The notes under the pieces are model-generated. The model worked only from the letters and a program-made list of their open reading frames with translations. It did not search any database and had not been told where the DNA came from. From Pyrodictiaceae archaeon (GTDB taxonomy: Archaea > Thermoproteota > Thermoprotei_A > Sulfolobales > Pyrodictiaceae): DNA of 64,000 bases. The translations under genes and the position numbers were made by a program. Positions 9,959-20,395 of this stretch are shown in pieces. The stretch spans positions 932,880 through 996,879 of the forward strand of contig JALVSY010000007.1 of assembly GCA_027036135.1 (NCBI GenBank). Direction: 5' to 3'. Numbering within the stretch: position 1 is the stretch's first letter; each line of letters begins with the position of its first letter.

Positions 9959-12379
9959 TTGCCGCAAAAAATAGAGTTCATGCTCCTCGATTCAAGCTAT
10001 GAGATAATAGGCAAAGAACCAGTAATAGTACTCTGGGGCCTACTGCCCAGTGGTGAGCGCGCTGTTCTATTCGATAAGAGGTTTAGGCCTTACTTCTACG
10101 CATTACTAGCTAAGAATGCCACTGACTATGAGAAAGTTATGAGTCGTATTAGGGGGCTAAGTAAGCCCCCAAGCCCAATTATTGATGTAAGACTTCTTGA
10201 TAAAAAGTACTTTGGGAGGCCTCGCAAAGCTATCCGTGTAACAACGGTCATACCGGAGTACGTTAGGACCTATCGTGAGGAAGTCAGGCGTATCAATGAC
10301 GTTGAAGATGTCCTTGAAGCTGATATAAGGTTTGCAATGAGATACCTAATTGATAAACATTTGTTCCCATTTCACGTCTACGAGGTCGAAGTAGAAGAGA
10401 TAAAATCCTTGGCTGGGTATCGTGTACAAAAAGCGTTCAACATAGTATCGGATCCGAGGCCTCGAGAGGACGCGCCTATACAAAGCTACTTATCCATGCT
10501 CCGTGTCCTTGCGTTCGACATCGAGGTTTATAGTAAGCATGGAAGTCCTAACCCTAATACAGACCCAGTAATAATCATAGCTGTGATGGATTCCTCGGGG
10601 CAGAAGAAGCTTTTTGAAGCAGATGGATATGACGATAAAAAAGCTATAAGAGAGTTTATCAACTATGTGAAAAGTTTTGATCCAGACATTATTGTTGGAT
10701 ATAATAATAACGAGTTTGATTGGCCATACTTGCTTAATAGGGCTCATAGACTAGGAATAAAGCTTGACGTAACTAGGCGAGTAGGCGCTGAACCAACTAC
10801 GAGTGTTCACGGCCATATATCGGTTCCTGGTCGCCTGAACGTAGACCTATACGACTATGCTGAGGAAATGCATGAAATAAAGGTTAAGACTCTAGAAGAG
10901 GTAGCTGAGTACCTAGGCGTGATGAAGAAGAGCGAGCGAGTCCTAATAGATTGGTGGCGTATCCCCGAATACTGGGATGATCCCAAGAAACGCGACCTAC
11001 TACGCCAATACGCCTTGGACGATGTCGTCTCGACCTATGGGCTAGCGGAGAAGATGCTGCCGTTCGCTATCCAGTTATCAACAGTTACTGGTGTTCCACT
11101 GGACCAAGTTGGTGCTATGGGAGTAGGCTTTAGGCTAGAATGGTACCTTATTCGTGCAGCATACGACATGAATGAGCTTGTGCCTAATAGAGTAGAACGT
11201 AGAGAGGAGAGTTACCGCGGAGCTATAGTGCTTAAGCCGCTAAGAGGCGTTCACGAAAACATAGCTGTTCTGGACTTTAGCTCAATGTATCCAAACATAA
11301 TGATAAAGTACAATGTAGGCCCCGATACTATAGTTGATGATTCGGCTGAGTGCGAGAAATACGGTGGCTGCTATGTCGCCCCCGAGGTTGGGCATAGATT
11401 TCGCAAGGAGCCTCCAGGCTTCTTCAAAACCGTGCTGGTAAATCTGATATCTCTTAGGAAGAAGGTTAGAGAGGAAATGAAGAAGTATCCAGTTAATTCA
11501 CCGGAGTATCGGCTACTCGATGAGAGACAGAAGGCTCTCAAGGTATTAGCTAATGCTAGCTACGGGTACATGGGATGGACGGGTGCCCGGTGGTATTGTA
11601 GGAGATGCGCTGAAGCTGTAACAGCTTGGGGGAGAAACCTTATCCGCTCAGCTATAGAGTACGCACGTAAGCTAGGACTCAAGGTAATATACGGCGACAC
11701 GGACTCGCTCTTCGTGACATATGATCCCGAGAAGGTCAAGAAGCTTATAGAGTATGTTGAGAAGGAGCTAGGCTTCGAGATAAAAATAGACAAGATATAT
11801 AAGAGGGTATTCTTCACAGAGGCTAAGAAAAGATATGCAGGCATACTTGAGGATGGGCGAATAGATATTGTAGGGTTCGAGGCAGTTCGAGGCGACTGGT
11901 GTGAACTAGCCAAGGAAGTCCAGGCAACAACTGCTGAGATAGTCCTCAAGACGGGGAACGTGGATCAAGCTATAGAGTACGTTAGAAGAGTAATAAAGGA
12001 GCTTAGGGAAAGGAAAATACCTATAGAGAAGCTAATTATATGGAAAACTCTTAGCAAGAAACTAGACGAGTACGAGCATGAGGCCCCGCACGTAGTAGCT
12101 GCCAAGAGGATGCGAGATGCAGGATATGAAGTATCTCCCGGCGATAAAATAGGCTACGTGATAGTAAAAGGTCGAGGAAGCATATCAAGTCGCGCATACC
12201 CATACTTCATGGTAAAGCCCGAGGACATTGATGTAGAATATTACATTGATAGACAGATTATACCAGCAGCCCTAAGGATACTAGGCTACTTCGGGGTCAC
12301 CGAGAACCAGTTAAAGGCAGCTGCTGCGGCAGGCCAGCGGAGTCTATTCGAGTTCTTTACAGCTAAGAGAGGTAAGTGA
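9959..12379 (+). CDS. polB3: Family B DNA polymerase B3
   Basis: Exonuclease motif FDIE, DFSSMYP, KVLANASYGY, YGDTDS; C-terminal PIP box QRSLFEFF; no intein. Confidence 0.95.
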   Translation: MPQKIEFMLLDSSYEIIGKEPVIVLWGLLPSGERAVLFDKRFRPYFYALLAKNATDYEKVMSRIRGLSKPPSPIIDVRLLDKKYFGRPRKAIRVTTVIPEYVRTYREEVRRINDVEDVLEADIRFAMRYLIDKHLFPFHVYEVEVEEIKSLAGYRVQKAFNIVSDPRPREDAPIQSYLSMLRVLAFDIEVYSKHGSPNPNTDPVIIIAVMDSSGQKKLFEADGYDDKKAIREFINYVKSFDPDIIVGYNNNEFDWPYLLNRAHRLGIKLDVTRRVGAEPTTSVHGHISVPGRLNVDLYDYAEEMHEIKVKTLEEVAEYLGVMKKSERVLIDWWRIPEYWDDPKKRDLLRQYALDDVVSTYGLAEKMLPFAIQLSTVTGVPLDQVGAMGVGFRLEWYLIRAAYDMNELVPNRVERREESYRGAIVLKPLRGVHENIAVLDFSSMYPNIMIKYNVGPDTIVDDSAECEKYGGCYVAPEVGHRFRKEPPGFFKTVLVNLISLRKKVREEMKKYPVNSPEYRLLDERQKALKVLANASYGYMGWTGARWYCRRCAEAVTAWGRNLIRSAIEYARKLGLKVIYGDTDSLFVTYDPEKVKKLIEYVEKELGFEIKIDKIYKRVFFTEAKKRYAGILEDGRIDIVGFEAVRGDWCELAKEVQATTAEIVLKTGNVDQAIEYVRRVIKELRERKIPIEKLIIWKTLSKKLDEYEHEAPHVVAAKRMRDAGYEVSPGDKIGYVIVKGRGSISSRAYPYFMVKPEDIDVEYYIDRQIIPAALRILGYFGVTENQLKAAAAAGQRSLFEFFTAKRGK

Positions 12380-12467
12380 TCCCTTCTCACAAGGTATATT
12401 AGAGATCAGTGGTTAATTGTATTCCGTCGTAGAAAGGGGTATAGGGACGAGCCAGCGGTGGATAGCA

Positions 12468-13283
12468 ATGATACTAGCCTCGTGGAGATCACTTGTATGG
12501 GTTATACGGAGAGCTGATATAGTCTTAGAAGTAGTTGACGCACGAGATCCAATATCTACTCGTAGTCGCAGACTGGAGCGCCTCGTTGAGAGTATGGGAA
12601 AGAAACTAATAATAGTCATTAATAAAAGCGATCTTGTACCCCGAGATGTTGCCGAGAAATGGAAGAAGCTGTTTGAGAATAGGGGTTACAGAGCCGTTTA
12701 TATTGCTGCGAGAGACCATAAGGGTACAAGAAGGCTCCGTATAGCTATTAGAAGGGCAGCTACAAGCCTTCCCGCAATAGTCGCTGTGACGGGGTTCCCA
12801 AAGACAGGAAAGTCGAGCATCATAAATGCGCTAAAAGGGCGTCATAGCGCCTCTACAAGCCCCATTCCCGGAAGCCCGGGCTACACTACTCATGCTCAGC
12901 TCTATCGAATAGGAGAGAACTTATACATGGTAGATACACCGGGAGTTATTCCCGTTGAGGGCGGGCCTTTGGAAGCCATTATACGTGGTTATCCTCCTGA
13001 ACAGCTAAAGGACCCAGTTAGGCCAGCAGTAATACTTCTTGAAAAGGCTCTACGCTATAACCCTAGAAGCGTTAAGGATGCTTATGGCATTGACGAGAAA
13101 GATCCTTATAAGATACTTGAACTGATTGCCCTAAGACGTGGATGGCGCTATAAGAGTGATGGCGAACCTTTAATAGAAGAGGCTGCCCGTGTAGTTATAA
13201 GAGATTATCATAAAGGAAAGCTTCTCTTCTATGTACCTCCAGAGGAGTATCTAGTACGTGTCTCTAGGCATAGCCGGAGCTAA
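12468..13283 (+). CDS. Circularly permuted ribosome-biogenesis GTPase (YlqF/RbgA-like)
   Basis: DARDP, NKSD (G4) before GFPKTGKS (G1), DTPG (G3); start probably ATG 12468. Confidence 0.9.
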   Translation: MILASWRSLVWVIRRADIVLEVVDARDPISTRSRRLERLVESMGKKLIIVINKSDLVPRDVAEKWKKLFENRGYRAVYIAARDHKGTRRLRIAIRRAATSLPAIVAVTGFPKTGKSSIINALKGRHSASTSPIPGSPGYTTHAQLYRIGENLYMVDTPGVIPVEGGPLEAIIRGYPPEQLKDPVRPAVILLEKALRYNPRSVKDAYGIDEKDPYKILELIALRRGWRYKSDGEPLIEEAARVVIRDYHKGKLLFYVPPEEYLVRVSRHSRS

Positions 13284-13304
13284 TGCTGCGAGCGTGATGA
13301 AGCG

Positions 13305-13868
13305 TTGGCAACTAGTAAGCGGTTTGTAGTAATAACAGGGCGTCCGGGTGTTGGGAAGACCACGCTCGTTAAGCGTGTTCTAGAAAGGCTTGCTTCTGAC
13401 GGCATCTCTGTTATCGGTTTCTATTGCCCCGAGGTCCGAGTAGGTGGCAGAAGAATAGGTTTTCGCATCGAGAGCCTTGATGGAAGGGTGTCAGGCTGGC
13501 TTGCCAAGATAAGTGGATGTGATGGTCCCATGGTAGGACGTTATACTACTTGTAGGGAGGCGGAAAAGGTCGCGGAGGATGCTCTAAGAGGTCTAGTCCG
13601 CGCTGACCTAGTTATTATAGACGAGATAGGTCCTATGGAGTTAAGACTTCCCGGAATACGTAGGGTAATTCTCAACGTTATTAAGTCCGAGAAGCCTGGT
13701 GTCTTTGTTGCGCACTATCGCTTGAGGGATCCCGAGATTCTCCCAGTTCTTAAGACAAAGGGGTACTGGTTCGAAGTAACCCCTGAGAACCGTGACAGAC
13801 TTGTTGACGAAGTTTATGCTATTGCTAAAGACCTTGTAAGCAAAGTTAGGGCAAGAGAGTCAAGTTAA
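13305..13868 (+). CDS. NTPase (THEP1/NTPase_1 family)
   Basis: ITGRPGVGKTT, RIGF, IIDEIGPME. Confidence 0.9.
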   Translation: MATSKRFVVITGRPGVGKTTLVKRVLERLASDGISVIGFYCPEVRVGGRRIGFRIESLDGRVSGWLAKISGCDGPMVGRYTTCREAEKVAEDALRGLVRADLVIIDEIGPMELRLPGIRRVILNVIKSEKPGVFVAHYRLRDPEILPVLKTKGYWFEVTPENRDRLVDEVYAIAKDLVSKVRARESS

Positions 13869-13908
13869 TATAGATAGTCGTGTAGCAAGCAAGAGAATCA
13901 TAACTTAT

Positions 13909-13988
13909 GGGGCGGGATGCCCGCGCGTTCCAGCGCTGATAGTATGATGTTGTTGCTATAGTACTTCCGCCCCCGGGTACCGCCCACA
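13909..13988 (+). ncRNA. Candidate K-loop/H-ACA-like small RNA
   Basis: GC-rich intergenic hairpin GGGCGG..CCGCCC followed by ACA; apical CTGA-tagt-ATGATG K-loop; TTAATATA upstream. Confidence 0.5.
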
Positions 13989-14043
13989 AGGGATTAGCAT
14001 TAAAAGCTGTAGTCCGGGTGCTAGGGAGTGGGGGTAGGTAGTA

Positions 14044-14328
14044 ATGGCGAACGAGAAGTGTAAAGAATATATAGTGGTCATTGGGGAGAAGCAAATTTTC
14101 ATTACTCCAGAGATACTCAAGGTCATACATGAGTACTTGCACCGTCCTATGAGCCTTGAAGAGCTAGCGAAGAAGCTGGGGCTTGAGACATGGGAGGAGG
14201 CTTATGAGTTCATTAAGAGAGTTCCTGCATGGATTATGTGGATGCCCGTGAACCTATGGAGGCTTCGTTTGGAGAAAGAAGGCTGCCTCGAACTCTTTGA
14301 AGGTGTGGAGCAAAGCGGAGAAGAGTAA
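14044..14328 (+). CDS. Small conserved-looking hypothetical protein, HTH-like
   Basis: ATG with SD-like GGGGT/AGGT; MSLEELAKKLGL segment. Confidence 0.7.
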   Translation: MANEKCKEYIVVIGEKQIFITPEILKVIHEYLHRPMSLEELAKKLGLETWEEAYEFIKRVPAWIMWMPVNLWRLRLEKEGCLELFEGVEQSGEE

Positions 14329-14349
14329 AACTGTATTTACTACTATTCC

Positions 14350-16443
14350 TTAGCGGACTATAGCGTAGCATCCAAGGCTCTTTTCGTAAATTATTCCGTC
14401 GCGTCTCATAGTCTTTATTGCCTCTTCCACTATGTTTGATTCTATACCCTCACTTAGTGCCCTCTTTTGTATGTCTCTGAGCTTTGCGCACCCTTCTTCA
14501 CTCTCGGATTCTAGCTGCTCTATTATCTCCATCACTCTTGTAAACTTCTCTTGCTTGCTTCGCGGCTTCCCAGTCATGATTATGTCTATATCTATCTTGC
14601 CGCTCTCTATGTCAAGACCCGCGCTTTCAAGGAATGCTTTCATGAGTCTTATTGCTGCTTCTGCATCCTCTACTGTTACTTCGTTCCTAAGTGCCATCCT
14701 GGCGTGAGCCTCGGCCAGCCTCACAAGTGCTTCGAGCTGCCTCAACGTAATCGGTATAGCTCCGTCAGCTGACTCTAGGCTCATTCTCCTCATCTGGACA
14801 TAGAAGTCCTCTATTAGCTTGATAGCTTCACTTGTGAGACGTGGCCTCACATAACGCCTAGCATAACTGATGTACTTCTTCAATAGCTCTGGCTCAATTT
14901 CCGGCTTAACTTTCTCAGTCTCTTTATGCACTTGTAGTATGTGATGCGCTACTCTCCTATCCTCCTCCGGGTTCGGTTTATCCTTGAGAATGAATATTAA
15001 ATCAAATCTCGAGAGTATAGTAACCGGTAGGTTTATGTTATCGGCAAGAGTACGATTTGTCAAATATCTCCCAAACTTGGGGTTCCCGGCTGCTATTACT
15101 GTTGTCCTCGCGTTCAGCCTAGCAACTATACCTGCCTTTGCTATGCTGACTGTCTGCTGCTCCATTGCCTCGTGTATGGCGACACGGTCTTCGTCTCTCA
15201 TCTTGTCTATCTCATCTATTGCTGCAACGCCACCATCTGCTAATACAAGCGCACCAGCTTCAAGATAATATTCGCCCGTGGCTTTGTCTCGTATTACTGC
15301 TGCTGTTAGACCAGCTGCTGTTGCTCCTTTACCCGTTGTATATATTCCTCGGGGTGCTATACGTGCAACATATTGGAGTAGCTGGCTCTTAGCAGTTCCA
15401 GGATCACCTACGATCAATACATGTATGTCTCCCCTAATCCGTGTTCCGTCAGGAGTTACTTTCGGTACACCGCCGAAGAGCGCTAATGCAATAGCCTCCT
15501 TTATGTCCCAGTGCCCGTATATTGCGGGCGCGATACTAGCGACAATCTTCTTATGTATCCACGGATCTCTAGCAAGCGTCTTTATTCGTTCCTCGTCTTC
15601 ACGTGTTATTACTACTTCTTCTAGAAGCTTCTGGGATACCTCTAGGTGAATAGCATCTATGTATAAGTCATAAATCGCCTTCTTTTTAGCAGAGTCAGGT
15701 CTAACGCGCACAACTCCAACAATTGTTACCCTATCGCCGGGTCTTGCACTATCAACTAGCTCATCTTGTAATACCACTTCGATGCTTCGCGGTAACTGCC
15801 CTGGGGGGATCTCCTCCGGCCTTTCTTGTAGCACTATTCTTTGCCAATCTATGAGCTTAGACTTCTCGGGTATTAGGCGGAAGGTGCCGCTAGCGCTTCC
15901 ACATACCGGGCACGCTGGGGGCTTCTCCAGGACCTCGCCTACTAGCTCTCCTTCGGGAGGCCATTCAAATTCGTGGCATCCTTGATCCTTTGTACAGTGC
16001 ATGAAGACGGCCTTAGTTATTTTCTCTTTTATCGGTGTTGCTCTTACCAATATGCCTTCAAGCATTACTAGTTTACCTATGTATTCGCTCCGTAGTCTTC
16101 GGAGTGGTAGTGTTCTTGGCAGAGCTCGTACCCTTATATAGAATTTCTCGATAGATTCGGCATACTCTGGAGCTTCTGACTCAATAAACTCCTTTAGGGC
16201 CTCGCTTGCCTGTCTTAGAACCTCGTCGGGGGAATCTATTAGAAGCCTAGCAAGCTTGTTATCAAAGATATATAGGTCGTTGTACTCCACAATTAGGCTT
16301 TTCTGGCCCATTGTTATCATTTGTCTTACTCTCTCTCGGTACTTGTAATTCCCGTTACGATCCCTAAAGCTCCTTAAGAATTCGAAGAATCGCTCCTTGG
16401 CATCTATTATTGATTCCTCGAGGATTCCTGGTATGCTTTGCAC
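14350..16443 (-). CDS. mcm: Replicative helicase MCM
   Basis: GDPGTAKSQ, IDEIDKM, SRFD, zinc finger; no intein. Confidence 0.98.
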   Translation of the reverse strand: MQSIPGILEESIIDAKERFFEFLRSFRDRNGNYKYRERVRQMITMGQKSLIVEYNDLYIFDNKLARLLIDSPDEVLRQASEALKEFIESEAPEYAESIEKFYIRVRALPRTLPLRRLRSEYIGKLVMLEGILVRATPIKEKITKAVFMHCTKDQGCHEFEWPPEGELVGEVLEKPPACPVCGSASGTFRLIPEKSKLIDWQRIVLQERPEEIPPGQLPRSIEVVLQDELVDSARPGDRVTIVGVVRVRPDSAKKKAIYDLYIDAIHLEVSQKLLEEVVITREDEERIKTLARDPWIHKKIVASIAPAIYGHWDIKEAIALALFGGVPKVTPDGTRIRGDIHVLIVGDPGTAKSQLLQYVARIAPRGIYTTGKGATAAGLTAAVIRDKATGEYYLEAGALVLADGGVAAIDEIDKMRDEDRVAIHEAMEQQTVSIAKAGIVARLNARTTVIAAGNPKFGRYLTNRTLADNINLPVTILSRFDLIFILKDKPNPEEDRRVAHHILQVHKETEKVKPEIEPELLKKYISYARRYVRPRLTSEAIKLIEDFYVQMRRMSLESADGAIPITLRQLEALVRLAEAHARMALRNEVTVEDAEAAIRLMKAFLESAGLDIESGKIDIDIIMTGKPRSKQEKFTRVMEIIEQLESESEEGCAKLRDIQKRALSEGIESNIVEEAIKTMRRDGIIYEKSLGCYAIVR

Positions 16444-16517
16444 GGCCCTCTATGCCCCTCTGACTAAGTGTGCATAAATAATACCCTTTATCTCGTTCAC
16501 GGGTCGTTGCTATACCG

Positions 16518-17081
16518 CTATGCTGGCTTGGGCAGTATCTTGTTCTTCCATTCTCGTAGCACTTGGCTGAAATACGTTAATAGAAGAGTCTCTTCTGGCG
16601 CCAGCCTCGAGGACAGCTCAGCTATACTTGTTGGGCTCCTAAGACTCTGCAATATCATCGTCAAGCGCTTATCAACGATATCGACAAGGTACTGTGCCAT
16701 CTTCTGGCTCTCTTCGAAAAGTGCTGGATTAAGCTCTCTTCTAGCTCTCTCCTCTAAGTCTCTTATCACCGTCTTAGCCTCTTGGTAAAAATATTGAGGT
16801 AGTGGCTCGAGATCTGAGGGTGTTTTTGCACTAACTACTGAGAAATGGAGCCGCGCAATATCCTCAAGAGTTATTGGTGTTTCAATGAGCTTTGCCAGTT
16901 CCTTTGCCGCTAGTTGTTTAGCTAGCCAATATGGTAACTCGGTTTCAACTCCTTTTTGTAGCTCGATCTTTTGTCCATCGATTTCAAGCACTCCAGCATC
17001 CTTAAGTATCATTGTACGAACTGGCCTGAGCAGGTACTCGAACTCTAGGATCTCAAGCTCTATGCTAAGCCTTGATTCCAA
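16518..17081 (-). CDS. gins23: GINS23 subunit
   Basis: ELPYWLA B-domain, LPQYFY, LAPEE; directly upstream of mcm as in other Crenarchaea. Confidence 0.85.
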   Translation of the reverse strand: MESRLSIELEILEFEYLLRPVRTMILKDAGVLEIDGQKIELQKGVETELPYWLAKQLAAKELAKLIETPITLEDIARLHFSVVSAKTPSDLEPLPQYFYQEAKTVIRDLEERARRELNPALFEESQKMAQYLVDIVDKRLTMILQSLRSPTSIAELSSRLAPEETLLLTYFSQVLREWKNKILPKPA

Positions 17082-17168
17082 GTCCTAGCCCCTTACCAGT
17101 GTTTTTCAGGGCTCGTTGCCCTAAAATAGGCGTTAGGTAATATTAGCTGTAATTCGGGCTGGTAACCC

Positions 17169-18152
17169 TTGTCAAGTATTGCTGAACTCCTTTGGGCAGA
17201 GAAATATAGGCCTAGATCCCTTGATGAAATAGTGAATCAAGAGGAAATTGTTAAAAGGCTTAAGAAGTTTGTTGAAGAGAGAAACATGCCTCATCTTTTA
17301 TTCGTAGGCCCGCCGGGCACTGGTAAGACTACTGCAGCGCATGCCCTAGCACATGATCTCTACGGCGAGAACTATCTTCAGTATATGTTGGAGCTTAATG
17401 CAAGCGATGAGAGGGGAATAGATACTATTAGGACAAAGGTAAAGGAATTTGCACGTAGTAGAACACCTCCCGGTGTTCCCTTTAAGATAGTCTTGCTCGA
17501 TGAAGCAGACAATATGACTGCCGATGCTCAACAAGCCTTGCGTCGATTAATGGAAATGTATACTGCCAGTACCAGGTTCATACTTATTGCCAACTTTCCT
17601 AGTAAGATAATAGAGCCTATACAATCGAGGTGTGCATTGTTCCGTTTTACTCCACTGAAGAAAGAAGATGTTATTGCAAGGCTCAAGTGGATATGTGAGC
17701 AAGAGAAGTGTAAGTACACCGAGGAAGGGCTTGAGACCATTTACGAGATAAGCGAGGGCGATATGCGCAGAGCTATTAACGTTCTCCAAGCAGCCGCAGC
17801 TATAGGAACAGTCACGCCCGATATAGTCTACAAGGTAGTTGGGCTAGCTCATCCTCGCGAGATAAGAGAAATGATAAAGTTAGCATTAGATGGCCAGTTC
17901 CAGAGGGCGAGGGATCAGCTACGTCAACTCATGATAAACTATGGCCTCAGTGGTGTTGATGTTATTAAGCAGATTCATAGAGAAATATTTAGCCAAGAGC
18001 TTAAGCTCCCCGAGGAACTAAGGGTTATGATAGCTGATTATGCTGGTGAAATACAGTTCCGCCTCGTGGAGGGCGCGGATGACGAGATACAGCTTAGCGC
18101 TTTCTTAGCATGGCTTACGCTACTCGGCCAAAAGATGCGAGCAACTTCGTAG
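17169..18152 (+). CDS. rfcS: Replication factor C small subunit
   Basis: WAEKYRP, GPPGTGKT, ELNASDERG, DEAD, SRC. Confidence 0.97.
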   Translation: MSSIAELLWAEKYRPRSLDEIVNQEEIVKRLKKFVEERNMPHLLFVGPPGTGKTTAAHALAHDLYGENYLQYMLELNASDERGIDTIRTKVKEFARSRTPPGVPFKIVLLDEADNMTADAQQALRRLMEMYTASTRFILIANFPSKIIEPIQSRCALFRFTPLKKEDVIARLKWICEQEKCKYTEEGLETIYEISEGDMRRAINVLQAAAAIGTVTPDIVYKVVGLAHPREIREMIKLALDGQFQRARDQLRQLMINYGLSGVDVIKQIHREIFSQELKLPEELRVMIADYAGEIQFRLVEGADDEIQLSAFLAWLTLLGQKMRATS

Positions 18153-18190
18153 CAATACTCTCTTTATCTCGAGAGCTTAGGTGACATCTT

Positions 18191-19627
18191 TTGAGCCAAA
18201 GAATACCATGGGTTATAAAGTATAGGCCTAAACGTATAGCTGATGTTGCTAATCAAGACCAAGCAAAGGAGAAGTTTATTCCTTGGCTAAGGCAATGGTT
18301 GCAGGGACGCCCTCCGGAAAAGAAAGCAGCTCTCTTCTACGGCCCAGCGGGTGTCGGTAAAACAAGCCTTGTCGAGGCTGCGGCACATGAGTATGGGTTA
18401 GAACTCATAGAGATGAACGCATCAGATTTTAGGAGAAAAGAGGATATTGAACGCATAGCAAAGGTCGCTGCTACTCAGATGAGCTTGTTTGGGCGCCGCA
18501 AGATAATACTACTGGATGAAGTCGATGGTATATCAGGTACAGCTGATAGGGGAGGGCTTGACGCTATACTCGAACTCATCAAGATCACTAAGCACCCAAT
18601 AGTTATGACGGCTAATGATCCCTGGGACCAGAAGCTTCGTCCACTACGTGAGGCCTCATTAATGATACCTTTTAATAGGCTTAGCGAGCGCTACGTTGTC
18701 CAAGTTCTTAAGAGAATATGTGCAGCAGAGAGCATAGAATGCGAAGATGCAGCACTAAAGTATATTGCACAGAGATGTGAGGGAGACCTTAGATCAGCCA
18801 TTAATGATTTACAAGCTATAGCAGAGGGCTACGGCAAAGTAACTCTAGACATAGTAAGGAACCTTGTAGTATCTAGGGATAGACAGTACACGCCGTGGGA
18901 GATGCTCCGGAACCTGTTTATGTCAAAGTATGCTTGGCAAGCAAAACGCGCTGTAACGCACACGGATTTAGACTATGAAACCATTCTCCAATGGATTAAC
19001 GAAAATATACCGAACCAGTATACAGACCCAGAAGATGTATGGAGAGCATTTGAGTCATTGGCGAGAGCCGATATGTATCTCGGCAGGATTAAACGTACTC
19101 TCTCATGGGACTTGTTATCCTACGTCTTTGACTTAGCAGGGCCTGGAGTAGCTCTGGCTAGGAAAAAGAGTAAGTTCCGATGGGCTAAGTACTCTTTTCC
19201 CCAAAAGATAATGCTCCTTGCTAAGACGAAGGAGATGCGTGAAGTAAGAGAGACGTTGGCTGATGCTATTGCAAAACGTATACATACGTCGAGAACCACA
19301 GTAAAGCGAGAGGTATTGCCCTATCTCATGATAATATTCCGGGAGAGACCTGACTATGCTGCGAGGATAGCCATAGGGTATAACCTAACAGATAACATGA
19401 TTAAGTATCTCGCGGGCCCTCTATACTCACGGGTCAAGGAGCATATTAACATGCTATTATTACGTATGGAGAAGCCTGCTACAGCATCAACGAGGGTAGA
19501 GACGAGAGCAACACAGATTCAGACTAAGAGCGAAGAGGCCAGTACTAGTAAGGCTCGGAGAGCTACCAGGAGGTCAAGTAGACGGAGAAGAAAGGGAGGC
19601 GGGACTCAAACCACCCTGCCCTTATGA
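18191..19627 (+). CDS. rfcL: Replication factor C large subunit
   Basis: [37 protein letters not shown]. Confidence 0.96.
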   Translation: MSQRIPWVIKYRPKRIADVANQDQAKEKFIPWLRQWLQGRPPEKKAALFYGPAGVGKTSLVEAAAHEYGLELIEMNASDFRRKEDIERIAKVAATQMSLFGRRKIILLDEVDGISGTADRGGLDAILELIKITKHPIVMTANDPWDQKLRPLREASLMIPFNRLSERYVVQVLKRICAAESIECEDAALKYIAQRCEGDLRSAINDLQAIAEGYGKVTLDIVRNLVVSRDRQYTPWEMLRNLFMSKYAWQAKRAVTHTDLDYETILQWINENIPNQYTDPEDVWRAFESLARADMYLGRIKRTLSWDLLSYVFDLAGPGVALARKKSKFRWAKYSFPQKIMLLAKTKEMREVRETLADAIAKRIHTSRTTVKREVLPYLMIIFRERPDYAARIAIGYNLTDNMIKYLAGPLYSRVKEHINMLLLRMEKPATASTRVETRATQIQTKSEEASTSKARRATRRSSRRRRKGGGTQTTLPL

Positions 19628-20074
19628 AGTTAGGGGTTTCTTTATCTTATTTTCTACGATTATATTCTCTATACGTGTATAGGGGTAGAGGCCTTCTTCG
19701 TCTTTCTCGTACTTCTTGACCATGTCCCAAATATTGAGCAAAGCTATGCTTACGGCTGTAAGGGCTTCCATCTCAACTCCTGTTCGCGCTATGGCTTTTA
19801 CCCTTGCTTTGCACCCTATATGTTCCTCGTCTTCTATTGAGCATTCTACTGATACATTGGTTATTTCGATCGGGTGACACATTGGGAGAAGAGTTGGTGT
19901 CTTCTTTGCCGCTAGTATTCCAGCAATAGTAGCTACTTGGAAGGGGTCTCCCTTCTCTATCTTATTTTCCTTGATGAGCTTGATTGTTTCTTTGCGTAAT
20001 TTTATTCTACCATAGGCTATAGCCTCTCTATATATGATATCTTTCTTTGTTATATCTATCATGCTTGGCTGCAA
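19622..20074 (-). CDS. moaC: Cyclic pyranopterin monophosphate synthase
   Basis: [24 protein letters not shown]. Confidence 0.95.
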   Translation of the reverse strand: MQPSMIDITKKDIIYREAIAYGRIKLRKETIKLIKENKIEKGDPFQVATIAGILAAKKTPTLLPMCHPIEITNVSVECSIEDEEHIGCKARVKAIARTGVEMEALTAVSIALLNIWDMVKKYEKDEEGLYPYTRIENIIVENKIKKPLTS

Positions 20075-20119
20075 GTTTGTAAGCCCGTGTAGGAAGAGTT
20101 GTTACTTGGTTGTTCCTAA

Positions 20120-20395
20120 TTATATCTCTTGTAGTGTTCGTAGAAGTTCAAGGATTATTGGAACATGTGGATTATCGAATCTTAGACTAAAATAACGAAC
20201 TCTTCCTAATCTCTCTTCTTCAATAAGTCCCAGGTCTTTGAGCTCACGTAAGTGTTTCTCTAAAAGCTTGTAGTGTAGGCCACTGTACCTTAGGAGACGC
20301 GTTATGTTAAGCTGGCCATATTCTGCTAATAATAGGAGTATTTTGGCTTTTCCTTTGCTGCCTAGTATCTCTTGTACTAGTTCATGTTTTTTCAT
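20120..20395 (-). CDS. ArsR-like winged-helix protein
   Basis: LGSKGKAKIL, LNITRL, HLRELKDLGLIEE; start overlaps the cdc6 stop. Confidence 0.85.
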   Translation of the reverse strand: MKKHELVQEILGSKGKAKILLLLAEYGQLNITRLLRYSGLHYKLLEKHLRELKDLGLIEEERLGRVRYFSLRFDNPHVPIILELLRTLQEI

